Source: a virus (lineage: Duplodnaviria > Caudoviricetes). Taken from it: a stretch of 64,000 nt of DNA. Position 1 is the first letter of the stretch; each line of letters opens with the position of its first letter. A program made the translations under genes and the position numbers. The notes below the pieces were generated by a model. That model was not told the origin of the DNA. It worked only from the letters and a program-made list of their open reading frames with translations, and ran no database searches. The stretch is taken from IMG/VR virus record IMGVR_UViG_3300050011_000061, positions 7,921-71,920 of that record, one strand, 5' to 3'. Positions 19,041 through 27,784 of the stretch are shown one piece after another.

Positions 19041-19436
19041 CTATGCCCCTGCTCGGGCCTCACTGGTTCGAATGGATATGTTTGGCCTAAACGCCTCAAT
19101 GTCGGTTAATATCGTGATGGCCTCATTAAGCCCGTAGGCCACATGGTATATACCGCCAGCGCGTTCCAGGTTCTCTTGGAACTGCTCTTGTGCTTTGCTT
19201 AGATGTCCTGATTCGGTTTTGAGTTCCAAGCCGTGAAACAAATGATCAATGATAAACATAAGATCGGCAGCACCGGCGCGTACTCCTTGCTGTTTTAGCC
19301 GCTGGGCAGTCTTGGGGTTGCGTTGCTCGCCGTTCGGGCAGGCGAACCAAATGATGTCGTAGCGCCCATAGGCGTTCAAAAGTTTGCAGACATGAGTCTG
19401 CAAAGTGCCCTCAGACATTGTGGCGCGTTTGGCCAT
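19041..19436 (-). CDS. VRR-NUC domain nuclease
   Basis: PNG..R...A.RLK.QGVRAGAADL, ELK...G.LS..Q. Confidence 0.85.
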   Translation of the reverse strand: MAKRATMSEGTLQTHVCKLLNAYGRYDIIWFACPNGEQRNPKTAQRLKQQGVRAGAADLMFIIDHLFHGLELKTESGHLSKAQEQFQENLERAGGIYHVAYGLNEAITILTDIEAFRPNISIRTSEARAGA

Positions 19437-19442
19437 TGCCCC

Positions 19443-19562
19443 CTACCAGCCGCGCAGCCGTTCCCAGTACGCAATCCAATCCGATCGCGCGATGCGGTTG
19501 GGGCGTTTGATAACGACGCCCTCGACGGTCACCTGATCCATATCGACTTCAATGTTTGGCAT
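19443..19562 (-). CDS. Small hypothetical protein (39 aa)
   Basis: Read manually: MPNIEVDMDQVTVEGVVIKRPNRIARSDWIAYWERLRGW; CACAGGAG SD. Confidence 0.6.
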   Translation of the reverse strand: MPNIEVDMDQVTVEGVVIKRPNRIARSDWIAYWERLRGW

Positions 19563-19568
19563 TTAGGT

Positions 19569-19614
19569 CTCCTGTGTTGCTGGCAAGCCTATTTTAACGT
19601 GGGGTAGAAAGCAA
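19569..19614 (-). promoter_or_regulatory. Sigma70-type promoter plus CACAGGAG leader
   Basis: TTGCTT-N17-TAGGCT, then CACAGGAG. Confidence 0.6.
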
Positions 19615-19618
19615 GCCC

Positions 19619-21616
19619 CTATATATTGGGGGCGTCTGCTTTCCACCCCATATTCTCCAGCATCTCCTTGGCTCTTTTTATATACCTTTCATAGTCGATA
19701 TCTTCTGGCAACTCCAAGGGCAAATCCATTAGCGGCCACGCGCCTTCGGTATCGGCAACAATTCTGTTCGACGTAATGTAGTTGATTGTCTGCGTCCGCC
19801 CTTTCACATAGACCCAGCGAACCACCTTGCCCAAATAGTCGCCTTCGTAATGCGCACCCCCTGTTACGTTCTTGATGGCCACGAACCTTGTTACGTCGTT
19901 ACATTCCAGAATTGTTTCCTCTAAAGGTATGCCCTTGGTCAAAAACAACTCAACCGCCTCGACGCAAATTTGGCAGGTAGGATTCTTTTGGAAGCGCCAA
20001 TAGGCGTCTTTTGCACTCACCCCGCGCCAAGGGTCATAATAGATATTCTTGGCTTTCACTTTTCCGTCCATCGCAATAGCCAAGTAAGCATTCACATCCC
20101 GCGCGTGATACGATCGATATTGCGTGGCTTCGGTTACAAAGCCGGTCGCTGCTTCCCACGCCTTAATCGTAACTTGCATCTTTCTTCTTAAGGCAACAGG
20201 ACATTTGATTAGTACACCGTCGGTATTGGCGCTAACTACACTTGCCCCCATAGCTTCCAAGTTTTCAATCAACATCAACAAATAAAGCTGGCCGCCTAAC
20301 AAAATTTGAATGATAACTTCAGGCGCATAGAAAATTGAGTGCGGCGAGCCGGTCTTGCCAAAGGTACCGTTCACAAGCACCTTTTTTGATTCGGATTGGG
20401 CCAGCCGCTTGGCCTTCTTGTCCTCAAGGCGGCTGTCGACCAAGCCTTTATAAATCGTTAGAAAGTCAGCGCCTAAATGCTTAGGCGTAAGCTTGCAGTT
20501 GAGAATGATGGCCGGGTAGTAGCTGGCAACATCCGCGTCCCATAGCTCGAAAGTATCGTCGGCTATCAGGCTTGTTGTCTCCTCCGAGCTATGCAAGCCC
20601 CCGATACCCATACGGTAGACTGAGCCGCCGATCTCAATTCTTAAGTCCTCAATCTCTTTCGGCCTTTCCAGGTAACCGTCGGCGCCAATCTTAAATTCGG
20701 CTTTTTCAACTGTGGTCAATACCGAATGCATATACTCGGTCTGAAACTTAAGGTTCTCTGGCGGTACAAAATAGTGAACTTTTCCTACCTGCACCTTCGG
20801 CCGACCGGGGTAGCGGCCTTTTATTCTTTTCAACTCACTTCCTATTACCGCTTCGGCAATTTGTGCGTCGGATTTGCTCATTAAGTCTTGCTTGTATTCT
20901 TTGGACAAAGAAGTGCGCAGGGCAAGCTGCTCCTGTAGCCCATTATAAACAAATTCTGTGTTGTCTAGATCGTTGATGCAGTAGTCCGTCGTGATAGGAA
21001 TTTGCCAATCTTCCAAGCTTTGTTCGGCAGCCCACGGTACGTCCTGAATCCTTTTAGCGTGTAGCCTGCCGCCGTATAACTTTAATGAGCCATGGCCGGG
21101 GCAAACTTCGATGAGGTCGATGTGCTTTAAATGAGGAATTGTGAAGGAGTACTTTTGCGCGGCTTGCTTGAAATAAAGGCCCTTGATAAGATCGTTGGAG
21201 AGGAGCTTGAGATTTTGAGTTGTGGCGCCGGTAAGCGCATAGGCAAGTAGAGGCAGGTCATACTTTAAGCTGTTGAAGCCGACTAGGGTGTAGCTTTGTA
21301 GGAGCCAGGAGAGCTTGTCAGCGTCAAGCGGATGGGTGAAAGTTAAAACGTGGGAAGAAAGAAGGTGCTTAAAGGCAGCTAGAAAAAAGTTTGAAAAGCA
21401 TTCGGTGTCAAAAATAAGAATATCGCCAGCATTGGCGGCAAGTTCTTCATCGGTAAACGGCGTGAAGGGGATAGGTGAGCGGGGCTGGTAGGGTTTGAGG
21501 ACGACGGGCTCGCGTGGTACAGGCGGTGCCTTGGGGGCTTTAGCCTCGCCCGGTACATACCGCTTGGCCACCTCAGGTCCCGGCCAAAAACCGCTATCGC
21601 CCCCAAGTCCGCTCAC
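19619..21616 (-). CDS. Family B DNA polymerase (NTDG-type) with 3'-5' exonuclease
   Basis: FDTEC and GFNSLKYD exonuclease motifs; DVASYYP (A), K...NGTFGK (B), SANTDG (C). Confidence 0.9.
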   Translation of the reverse strand: MSGLGGDSGFWPGPEVAKRYVPGEAKAPKAPPVPREPVVLKPYQPRSPIPFTPFTDEELAANAGDILIFDTECFSNFFLAAFKHLLSSHVLTFTHPLDADKLSWLLQSYTLVGFNSLKYDLPLLAYALTGATTQNLKLLSNDLIKGLYFKQAAQKYSFTIPHLKHIDLIEVCPGHGSLKLYGGRLHAKRIQDVPWAAEQSLEDWQIPITTDYCINDLDNTEFVYNGLQEQLALRTSLSKEYKQDLMSKSDAQIAEAVIGSELKRIKGRYPGRPKVQVGKVHYFVPPENLKFQTEYMHSVLTTVEKAEFKIGADGYLERPKEIEDLRIEIGGSVYRMGIGGLHSSEETTSLIADDTFELWDADVASYYPAIILNCKLTPKHLGADFLTIYKGLVDSRLEDKKAKRLAQSESKKVLVNGTFGKTGSPHSIFYAPEVIIQILLGGQLYLLMLIENLEAMGASVVSANTDGVLIKCPVALRRKMQVTIKAWEAATGFVTEATQYRSYHARDVNAYLAIAMDGKVKAKNIYYDPWRGVSAKDAYWRFQKNPTCQICVEAVELFLTKGIPLEETILECNDVTRFVAIKNVTGGAHYEGDYLGKVVRWVYVKGRTQTINYITSNRIVADTEGAWPLMDLPLELPEDIDYERYIKRAKEMLENMGWKADAPNI

Positions 21617-22581
21617 ATGCGCCGCCCTACAATGTAGCCAGCCACTGTGGGGCCTTTAAAGGGGGCGGGGGCGGGCCAGGTAGCCGGTGCCCATCTGTCT
21701 GCGGCCTGTAACGCCGATAAAAGGAAACGCGCGCCCCAAATGCTTGAACCTTCCTTAGGCACCTCGCATTCGATACCATCTTCGACAACGCCTCTATCAA
21801 ATTTTGCTTCAAGGCGGTCAGCGTAAACAGTCACCGTATCTTCCGCTAGTTCAGACACGCGGCCCAAGGCTTCCTTAAATTCGTCTGTCACAACTTGCTT
21901 GGACTTAACCTTCCAAGCCGCCTTAACCATCGCAGCGGCCTTTTCAGGAAAGCTGCCTATAACAAGCTGCGTGCGGCACCATGCACCGTTAGCCCAACGA
22001 AATGCAATGTAGTTATCATCGCCAACCCAATCGGTAAGACCATCTAAACGGGCAAGCAAAAAATCCACCATTTCTACAGGCAACAAAGCTTTAACGGTAT
22101 CGGCAAGCCCTTCACATTCAGCCCCAGCTATTGTCATGTTGTTTGTAGCATAGGCCCAACCATCATCTAGAGCTACACACCGCCCCCATGCCGGTTGCTC
22201 GTTTTCGGAAACAAACGGACGCAAGGCTGTTAATAGGGTAGTGAGGCCTTCAGGCAAAGGCTGCCATGCAGCGTTAGCAACGCCTGGGTAGGACCACTCG
22301 GTTAGCGGTAAGGTTTGAATGGTGCCTGAAAAGCGACCGCATTTGAGTTTGACAGTAGCTTCCTCGACTTCGATAGTCGGGTCTGAGGGCATCCTCTTGA
22401 GCACTTTTTCAAACGCCTCACCGGGCACAAAAAATTTGCCGCCCCAAGACCACGGCGCGCAGGCCGTAAGGTGGCCATTAGTAGCCGAGATCGTATCGCC
22501 GTTGACTTTGTAGTAAGTCATTCCTGCCGACAATTCCTTGCCAGCTATAGCCGCGTTAAGCCAAGCTATGATAGCTTTCAT
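21613..22581 (-). CDS. DNA polymerase III beta-clamp homologue
   Basis: Repeated ATNGH / ATNN strands resembling DnaN ATDGH; three-domain length; GTGA overlap with the polymerase. Confidence 0.65.
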   Translation of the reverse strand: MKAIIAWLNAAIAGKELSAGMTYYKVNGDTISATNGHLTACAPWSWGGKFFVPGEAFEKVLKRMPSDPTIEVEEATVKLKCGRFSGTIQTLPLTEWSYPGVANAAWQPLPEGLTTLLTALRPFVSENEQPAWGRCVALDDGWAYATNNMTIAGAECEGLADTVKALLPVEMVDFLLARLDGLTDWVGDDNYIAFRWANGAWCRTQLVIGSFPEKAAAMVKAAWKVKSKQVVTDEFKEALGRVSELAEDTVTVYADRLEAKFDRGVVEDGIECEVPKEGSSIWGARFLLSALQAADRWAPATWPAPAPFKGPTVAGYIVGRRM

Positions 22582-22871
22582 GCCGCAGCCTGTGAAAGTT
22601 GAAGATACCTGAGCCAGTATTTTTCGGCTAACATTGTAAAGCGCCCCGACGCGGTAACGGCGTAAATGGTAGCCCGCGCGCCGGGCATTGTTTTGTCTTG
22701 CCGTACCGACCCAACTGTTCTTACAGCAGTTTCAAACGTGTCGGCATCTGTGGAATCGTGTTGACCTTGACCGTAGAACCTATGGACGCGGAAATAAGCG
22801 GCGTTTAAGAAAACGCGCTCTTCCCATTGATCGACGGTGCCGCTAAAGTCGTGTTCTGATGGGTGTGTCAT
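22578..22871 (-). CDS. Hypothetical protein
   Basis: CACAGGAGG SD; ATGA overlap downstream. Confidence 0.7.
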   Translation of the reverse strand: MTHPSEHDFSGTVDQWEERVFLNAAYFRVHRFYGQGQHDSTDADTFETAVRTVGSVRQDKTMPGARATIYAVTASGRFTMLAEKYWLRYLQLSQAAA

Positions 22872-22876
22872 AAAGC

Positions 22877-22919
22877 CTCCTGTGTGGCTCTAATCTAACC
22901 TTACCTAAGCCAAAAGCAA
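22877..22919 (-). promoter_or_regulatory. Sigma70-type promoter plus CACAGGAG leader
   Basis: TTGCTT-N16-TAGATT, then CACAGGAGG. Confidence 0.6.
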
Positions 22920-22922
22920 GCC

Positions 22923-24071
22923 CTATTTATCATCTTCTTTACAAGCATCTGCGGCCTTTTTGGGGTCGCCTTTTACGAAAATATAGACATTTTGATGGGT
23001 CTTTCCAAGCTTGCGCCCAGCCTCAAACTGGCGGGTAATGCGGATAGGCAGCGATCCGATTGCGGTTATTAAAATTGCTTCATTGTAAAGTTTAAGCCCG
23101 GCTTGAACAAAGGCGTTGATTGTATCGCCAGGGAAATTGTAATAGCAGCCATCCTTGCCGCGCACATCACCCACCACAATGGCCGCGAAGCGGTTGGGCT
23201 TTAATTTGGCGCAGGCGGCTTTGATGATTTCGCTGTAAACGGTTTGAAATTCCTTATAACCCAAATTAGATAAATCTTTCGGATCGTCCGAATAGACTTC
23301 AAGATCGGCGTATGGCGGGCAGGTAAAAACAAAGTCAACAGGTTCGGTGACCAAAGAAGCAACATTACGGCTGTCGTCATTGTGCCAAATAGGTGGCGGC
23401 GTATCGGTACAAATTTGTTCGGCCTGTATGCGGTTAGCCTTCACTTGTGGGCTTGAAAGGTCAATGCCTATATATTTGTGCCCAAGTTTTGAGGCGACAA
23501 TGCCACGCACTGAGCCGCCAGCAAACGGGTCTAGCACTACACCTTGCAGCGGGCAAAACCAGCGGTAAGCAAGTTCACAAATGATGGGGTCGAAGATGGA
23601 GGTCCCCGACGTTTGCGTTTCTTCTCTCGTACCTTCTTTAACCCTGTAGTGATCAAAGTTGGCGGCAGCGCCGGTCCAAGTTAACCCGGACGGCGCTGCC
23701 GCTTTTTGTTTCATAATTTCCGTTAATCTATTTTGCGCTTTTTGGCTAAACAAAACAGCATCGCCTCCTTCTAAATTCTCGCCACGTCCCAACTCCGACT
23801 TAATCCCCAACTCCAGCCACGCCCGCTTGCGGTCCTGCCACCAACCTTCGCGAGCATTCAAAACAGTAAACGGCGGAAGCAAAAACTTTTCACCCAACGT
23901 GCTCGAATGCTTGCCTTCCGACAGCTCTTCAAACAACCCCACATGCGGGCTAAATTTGGTCATTTTACGCCCCCCCCTTAGTATTCTTTGGGAGACGTCA
24001 TCTAATTGGCTTGGGTCCCGATTTCCTTTTACCCAAGTCAAATTACCAGGTTTTTTGACATCATCAGACAT
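22923..24071 (-). CDS. DNA amino-methyltransferase (N6-A/N4-C type)
   Basis: LDPFAGGS SAM-binding motif; catalytic CPPY; SIFDP..CEL.YRWF pattern of phage methylases. Confidence 0.88.
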   Translation of the reverse strand: MSDDVKKPGNLTWVKGNRDPSQLDDVSQRILRGGRKMTKFSPHVGLFEELSEGKHSSTLGEKFLLPPFTVLNAREGWWQDRKRAWLELGIKSELGRGENLEGGDAVLFSQKAQNRLTEIMKQKAAAPSGLTWTGAAANFDHYRVKEGTREETQTSGTSIFDPIICELAYRWFCPLQGVVLDPFAGGSVRGIVASKLGHKYIGIDLSSPQVKANRIQAEQICTDTPPPIWHNDDSRNVASLVTEPVDFVFTCPPYADLEVYSDDPKDLSNLGYKEFQTVYSEIIKAACAKLKPNRFAAIVVGDVRGKDGCYYNFPGDTINAFVQAGLKLYNEAILITAIGSLPIRITRQFEAGRKLGKTHQNVYIFVKGDPKKAADACKEDDK

Positions 24072-24609
24072 GACGCTTTGCCTCGTCGTTGTCTTTAAGT
24101 CTCTGATAATTATCCAAAAACATATCCATTATAAGATCGTTACCGCCATTGTCAAAATGTTCCACTAACATTTCGGCTCCAACTACCCCAAACAAAAGCG
24201 AAAGCGACGAAAAGAATGCCTTGTAAGCCGGTTCCTTTGCCGCTTTCCCTCGATAGCACGGCAGCATCTTATAACGGTTGCGAACAATTAAAGTATCTCT
24301 CCCGTTCAATGTAAACGGTGAAGCAATGCAGCCAAACGGCTTGTCGGGGGTAAAATGCAGGCCGCACAGCCCATCCTTTTTGAACGGACAACCCCTACAT
24401 CCTTCACGAGGTTGCAAAAAACCCTCAATCACAATACCGCCCCTACCTTCCACCCTCGCTTGCTCACTAGGATGCACCGTAACCATGCAGCCGGTAGGGC
24501 GCGAAGGGGCGTCGCAACAATTGCCCTTGCAGCCCGCCGCTATGCACAGCGGGCCGCATTGGGTAAACATCAAGCGGCAAGAAGCCGCACTTACCTTGAC
24601 GTTAGGCAC
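24064..24609 (-). CDS. YkgJ-like cysteine-cluster (Fe-S/Zn) protein
   Basis: C...C...C..CC...CPF....C.LH...KP.GC...PF; probable GTG start 24609 overlapping the upstream stop. Confidence 0.7.
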   Translation of the reverse strand: MPNVKVSAASCRLMFTQCGPLCIAAGCKGNCCDAPSRPTGCMVTVHPSEQARVEGRGGIVIEGFLQPREGCRGCPFKKDGLCGLHFTPDKPFGCIASPFTLNGRDTLIVRNRYKMLPCYRGKAAKEPAYKAFFSSLSLLFGVVGAEMLVEHFDNGGNDLIMDMFLDNYQRLKDNDEAKRHV

Positions 24610-25447
24610 CGTAATAGCGCGTGATGCCGGCGGCCGACTTTTCCTTGGTGACCTTGAGGCCGAACTTCTTGCCCCAAGTTGCCACGCCGCAAGTCTGCCA
24701 GCCGGTGGCCTTGACGGCTTCATCGGTAGTGCATCCGCTCTTGCGGGTGAGCATATTGTAAAGCATTTCCTGCTTGCTACCGGCGCGCAAACCGCCGGCA
24801 CCGGGCGCCTTCTTGGTTGTGGTTTTCTTCGCCTTCGGCGTCTTCTTCACCTTCGTTTTACGCTTGGCCATACCGGCCTCCTCTGTTTCGGCGGCGGGGT
24901 TTTCTTCAGCAACAACCGGCTCGCCGTCGGCAGGTGCTTGGGGGACAGTCTTGAACGGTTCGGCATCGCAAGGGGCAACAACCCCTTCGGCAACCGACCA
25001 CGCCAGCACAACTTCGCTGAGCGTATTGATCAGTAAGACATTGACGATCTTCGAACCACCGCGCTTGACCGCAGATGTAACCTTAGCGTCGATTTCCTCT
25101 TGCGCAGCGGTATCGTTGATCGAAGTCATCCCACGCATAACCGGATGACCTAACTTGTCCAAAGGCTTTATCACATATTTTGACATCGCTTGCTCCTGTG
25201 TGTGGACGGGGTTTGTAGCGGAACCATAGAATGAGTTCAAGCCCTTTGATTGCCTGAGCGCATCTATTTTTAATTTCTTCTGTTGCTCCCTGAGTTGTCT
25301 ATCTTGTTCCAAGCGAGGATCAAGGAAGCTTGGACTGTTCTTTGGCGGGTTGGCTTCCCAAAGGGCGTGGCGCTCCTGAGCGGTCATAATAAACGCTGAC
25401 GGCAGGCCGTCGTCGAGCATCATTTGCTGGGCGCGGTGGAGTTTCAT
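24602..25447 (-). CDS. DUF3489-like protein (C-terminal wHTH), possible internal start at 25186
   Basis: RAGSKQ....ML.R..G.T..E...ATGWQ; Lys-rich linker; GGAGG SD at 25447 and CACAGGAG SD at 25186. Confidence 0.7.
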   Translation of the reverse strand: MKLHRAQQMMLDDGLPSAFIMTAQERHALWEANPPKNSPSFLDPRLEQDRQLREQQKKLKIDALRQSKGLNSFYGSATNPVHTQEQAMSKYVIKPLDKLGHPVMRGMTSINDTAAQEEIDAKVTSAVKRGGSKIVNVLLINTLSEVVLAWSVAEGVVAPCDAEPFKTVPQAPADGEPVVAEENPAAETEEAGMAKRKTKVKKTPKAKKTTTKKAPGAGGLRAGSKQEMLYNMLTRKSGCTTDEAVKATGWQTCGVATWGKKFGLKVTKEKSAAGITRYYGA

Positions 25448-25508
25448 TTCAGCCTCCAATAATGCACCGCTACCCCGCCGAACAGGCAGATGGCTATGAT
25501 GGCAATGG

Positions 25509-25811
25509 TCACGACGCGATCTCCTTCGCCCCTAAACCACCTTGCTTGACCCACGCCTCATATTTTTCCTCGCTGCCCCAGCAGTTAGATGGGGCAAAGT
25601 TGTAGAGGAAGTCGACGTAGTCGCGAACGAGATAGACATTGGTGGAATCCGCGGCCAAAAAAGTCCCTTTAAGATCGTTGCGGAGGAGGTTCGATAGAAA
25701 ACTCCCCGGCTCGATGCCATTTTCAATATAGCGCCTCAAACCACCGACCATGTAGTCGGGGATCAGGTCCCAGTTAGCTTTACTGGCGGTGTAGGATGGC
25801 AGGTCGATCAT
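25509..25811 (-). CDS. Phage hypothetical protein
   Basis: GLRRYIENGI.PGSFL..LL.NDL...AP..CWGS; CACAGGAGG SD. Confidence 0.75.
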   Translation of the reverse strand: MIDLPSYTASKANWDLIPDYMVGGLRRYIENGIEPGSFLSNLLRNDLKGTFLAADSTNVYLVRDYVDFLYNFAPSNCWGSEEKYEAWVKQGGLGAKEIAS

Positions 25812-25822
25812 TGTGTCCTCCT

Positions 25823-25868
25823 GTGAACTTCGTGCTGGGCCGCGCTACTGGCCCAGAGGCGAAGGTCA
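25823..25868 (-). repeat. Intergenic stem/internal-loop/stem element, copy A
   Basis: TGA CCTTCG CCT CTGGGCC-loop-GGCCCAG CA CGAAG TTCAC, between stop codon and SD. Confidence 0.65.
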
Positions 25869-26183
25869 GCTATATTTTCGTGAACCGGTTAGAATATGAT
25901 TGGCAAAACATTCCGCAGCTGCTCGGCTCATGCTTACGGATATTGTACGGCTTTGCAATCGTCCGCTTTCGCCTTTGGTTGTTTCTTCCAGCCGAACAGA
26001 AACCCAATCCTCGCCATTTTGAATCTGAAGCTCGGCTTGACTGTCAACTGTACCAGAAACCTTATTCCACGGAGTGTGTTTTGAGTCTCTTAGAGTAAGG
26101 GCTATGCCGTCTTCAACTTGTGCAAGGCCAACATCATGCGGGCGATGCGGCCCAATTATCTTTTGTGAAGGTTGCATTTTCAT
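25866..26183 (-). CDS. Hypothetical early protein
   Basis: AAGGAG SD 7 nt upstream. Confidence 0.65.
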   Translation of the reverse strand: MKMQPSQKIIGPHRPHDVGLAQVEDGIALTLRDSKHTPWNKVSGTVDSQAELQIQNGEDWVSVRLEETTKGESGRLQSRTISVSMSRAAAECFANHILTGSRKYS

Positions 26184-26202
26184 CTTTCATCTCCTTGTGG
26201 TA

Positions 26203-26251
26203 GTGAGCTTCGTGCTGGCCCCCGCAGCGGAGGACCAGAGGCGAAGGTCAC
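26203..26251 (-). repeat. Intergenic stem/internal-loop/stem element, copy B
   Basis: TGA CCTTCG CCT CTGGTCCTCCG-loop-CGGGGGCCAG CA CGAAG CTCAC; same frame as copy A with a different but pairing upper stem. Confidence 0.65.
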
Positions 26252-26475
26252 GAGGCTTCGTCAATAATGCGCTGGGCACGGAATTGTGCCTGCTTCAACG
26301 ACGAAAAATTACCGTTACGTTTTGACGGATCATCGCCAACCTTTTCGCGCATTGAGAAAGTGCCGTCCTCAGCCTTGATGATAGAAAAGCTGTGACCTAA
26401 TCCTCCGGCTTGCCACAAGCCGTCGTCGATTTGGTTCCAAACCAGCCTAGTTAGTCCGTGTTGGTGAATGGCCAT
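26248..26475 (-). CDS. Hypothetical early protein
   Basis: CACAGGAGG SD; first gene of the leftward unit. Confidence 0.7.
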   Translation of the reverse strand: MAIHQHGLTRLVWNQIDDGLWQAGGLGHSFSIIKAEDGTFSMREKVGDDPSKRNGNFSSLKQAQFRAQRIIDEAS

Positions 26476-26481
26476 TGTATC

Positions 26482-26529
26482 CTCCTGTGTAAGTGATTAG
26501 GATAATAACCACTTCCATCAAAATATCAA
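26482..26529 (-). promoter_or_regulatory. Leftward early promoter
   Basis: TTGATA-N16-TATTAT, then CACAGGAGG. Confidence 0.6.
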
Positions 26530-26728
26530 GAACTATTTTCAGCTAAAAATATCCCCTGTTTATAAGGGTTTCTTGCATCCCCCACCCCGTGGCCCCCGCG
26601 CCGGGCATTATGTCGACTTCGGTCCCCACAGGAGTAGAGGGAACGACGGCAAGGCCGCTCTACCTACTTCACGGAACGCTTATGCGCGGCGTCCCAGGAC
26701 GAAACCGAACCACGTTAGGCACATATAG

Positions 26729-26772
26729 TTGCTTTTTTAAGTTTTGTAAACTAAGGTGCTAAGGCACAGGAG
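26729..26772 (+). promoter_or_regulatory. Rightward early promoter
   Basis: TTGCTT-N17-TAAGGT, then CACAGGAG. Confidence 0.6.
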
Positions 26773-26775
26773 AAC

Positions 26776-27249
26776 TTGATGGCAATCGTTCATCCAGCCT
26801 TTGATACAAAAAGTAAAATGTGGTTTGTAGACGGCGTTGAAGCGCCAACCCTCGCTGCGCTCCGCAAGCTATTGCCCCGGCGTACCAAGATAGAAGGCTA
26901 CTGGCCTAACGGGTTTATATTTAGACGCGTCCTCTCCAACCAGCCGACACGCGCCATAACAAAAGAGCCGTTCAGCCTTGTTCATATTAAAAAGCCCAAA
27001 CCTAGCCGTGCTTATACGCCCCACAAAACAAAGCCAAAGCTGTATGATCACAACGCCGTGCTCGGACTCTGGATGGAAGGCTTAAGCGGCCCGGAAATAG
27101 GGGTAAGGCTTGGCTTGCCACTTAGCACAACGGCTGGAGGTATTGTGGCCAGGTGCCGAGAACAAGGCGACCCGCGCGCATTGCCCCGTTCGACCAACGG
27201 CTCAAAGATAGCGGCGGCTTACGCGAGGAAGCGCGAGATGTTGAAATGA
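26776..27249 (+). CDS. Hypothetical protein with C-terminal HTH (GcrA-like helix pattern)
   Basis: LWMEGLSGPEIGVRLG...GIVAR. Confidence 0.65.
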   Translation: MMAIVHPAFDTKSKMWFVDGVEAPTLAALRKLLPRRTKIEGYWPNGFIFRRVLSNQPTRAITKEPFSLVHIKKPKPSRAYTPHKTKPKLYDHNAVLGLWMEGLSGPEIGVRLGLPLSTTAGGIVARCREQGDPRALPRSTNGSKIAAAYARKREMLK

Positions 27250-27494
27250 AAACAAAAATTCATTTAGAACTTGATATGCTTGATTGGCGCGTTCCAAAAG
27301 AGGGGACTAAATCAGCGAAAATATACCAACTTATGCGCAATGGAGTAAGACCCAAAGAAATATCAAAACGATTAAATACAACTCGTAACTCAGTTAAAGT
27401 TACGATGTGGCAAATTCGTCATCCCAAAGAAGCAAACATCAGGCAGAGGCTATCACCATATTATAAGCGGAAATTTAAATGCGCCAGCACTTAA
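27246..27494 (+). CDS. Small HTH protein
   Basis: IYQLMRNGVRPKEISKRLNTTRNSVKV; ATGA overlap; lower GC. Confidence 0.6.
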   Translation: MKTKIHLELDMLDWRVPKEGTKSAKIYQLMRNGVRPKEISKRLNTTRNSVKVTMWQIRHPKEANIRQRLSPYYKRKFKCAST

Positions 27495-27784
27495 CCAACC
27501 GCCGCCCGGCGCAAACCTTAAACTTTGAGGTCGACGGCCAACGATACGTTGCCACGGTCAGCCTGTTCGACGACGGCCGACTTGGTGAATTATTTATTAA
27601 CAGCGGTGGTAAACTTGGCTCAACTTCCGACGTCAACGCGGCCGACGGTGCTTTGGCTATTTCGCTGGCTCTTCAATACGGCTGCCCCGCCGAGGTTCTG
27701 CAAAGGGCAATGAAACGCAATACCGATGGTACCGCGCAAGGCCCGTTAGGCGCGGCGTTGGATGCCGTGCTCAAGGGGACTTGA
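27479..27784 (+). CDS. Stand-alone TSCPD-like domain (class II RNR C-terminal fragment family)
   Basis: R..L.NRR....F, DGRLGELFI...K.GS, AISLALQYG.P. Confidence 0.75.
   Translation: MRQHLTNRRPAQTLNFEVDGQRYVATVSLFDDGRLGELFINSGGKLGSTSDVNAADGALAISLALQYGCPAEVLQRAMKRNTDGTAQGPLGAALDAVLKGT

Noticed and set aside
26618-26709. Hammerhead-ribozyme-like pattern on the plus strand (UUCGGUC...GGAC GAAA CCGAA)
   Set aside because: Stem III and GAAA fit, but the required CUGANGA core is absent, and pairing is better on the minus strand.
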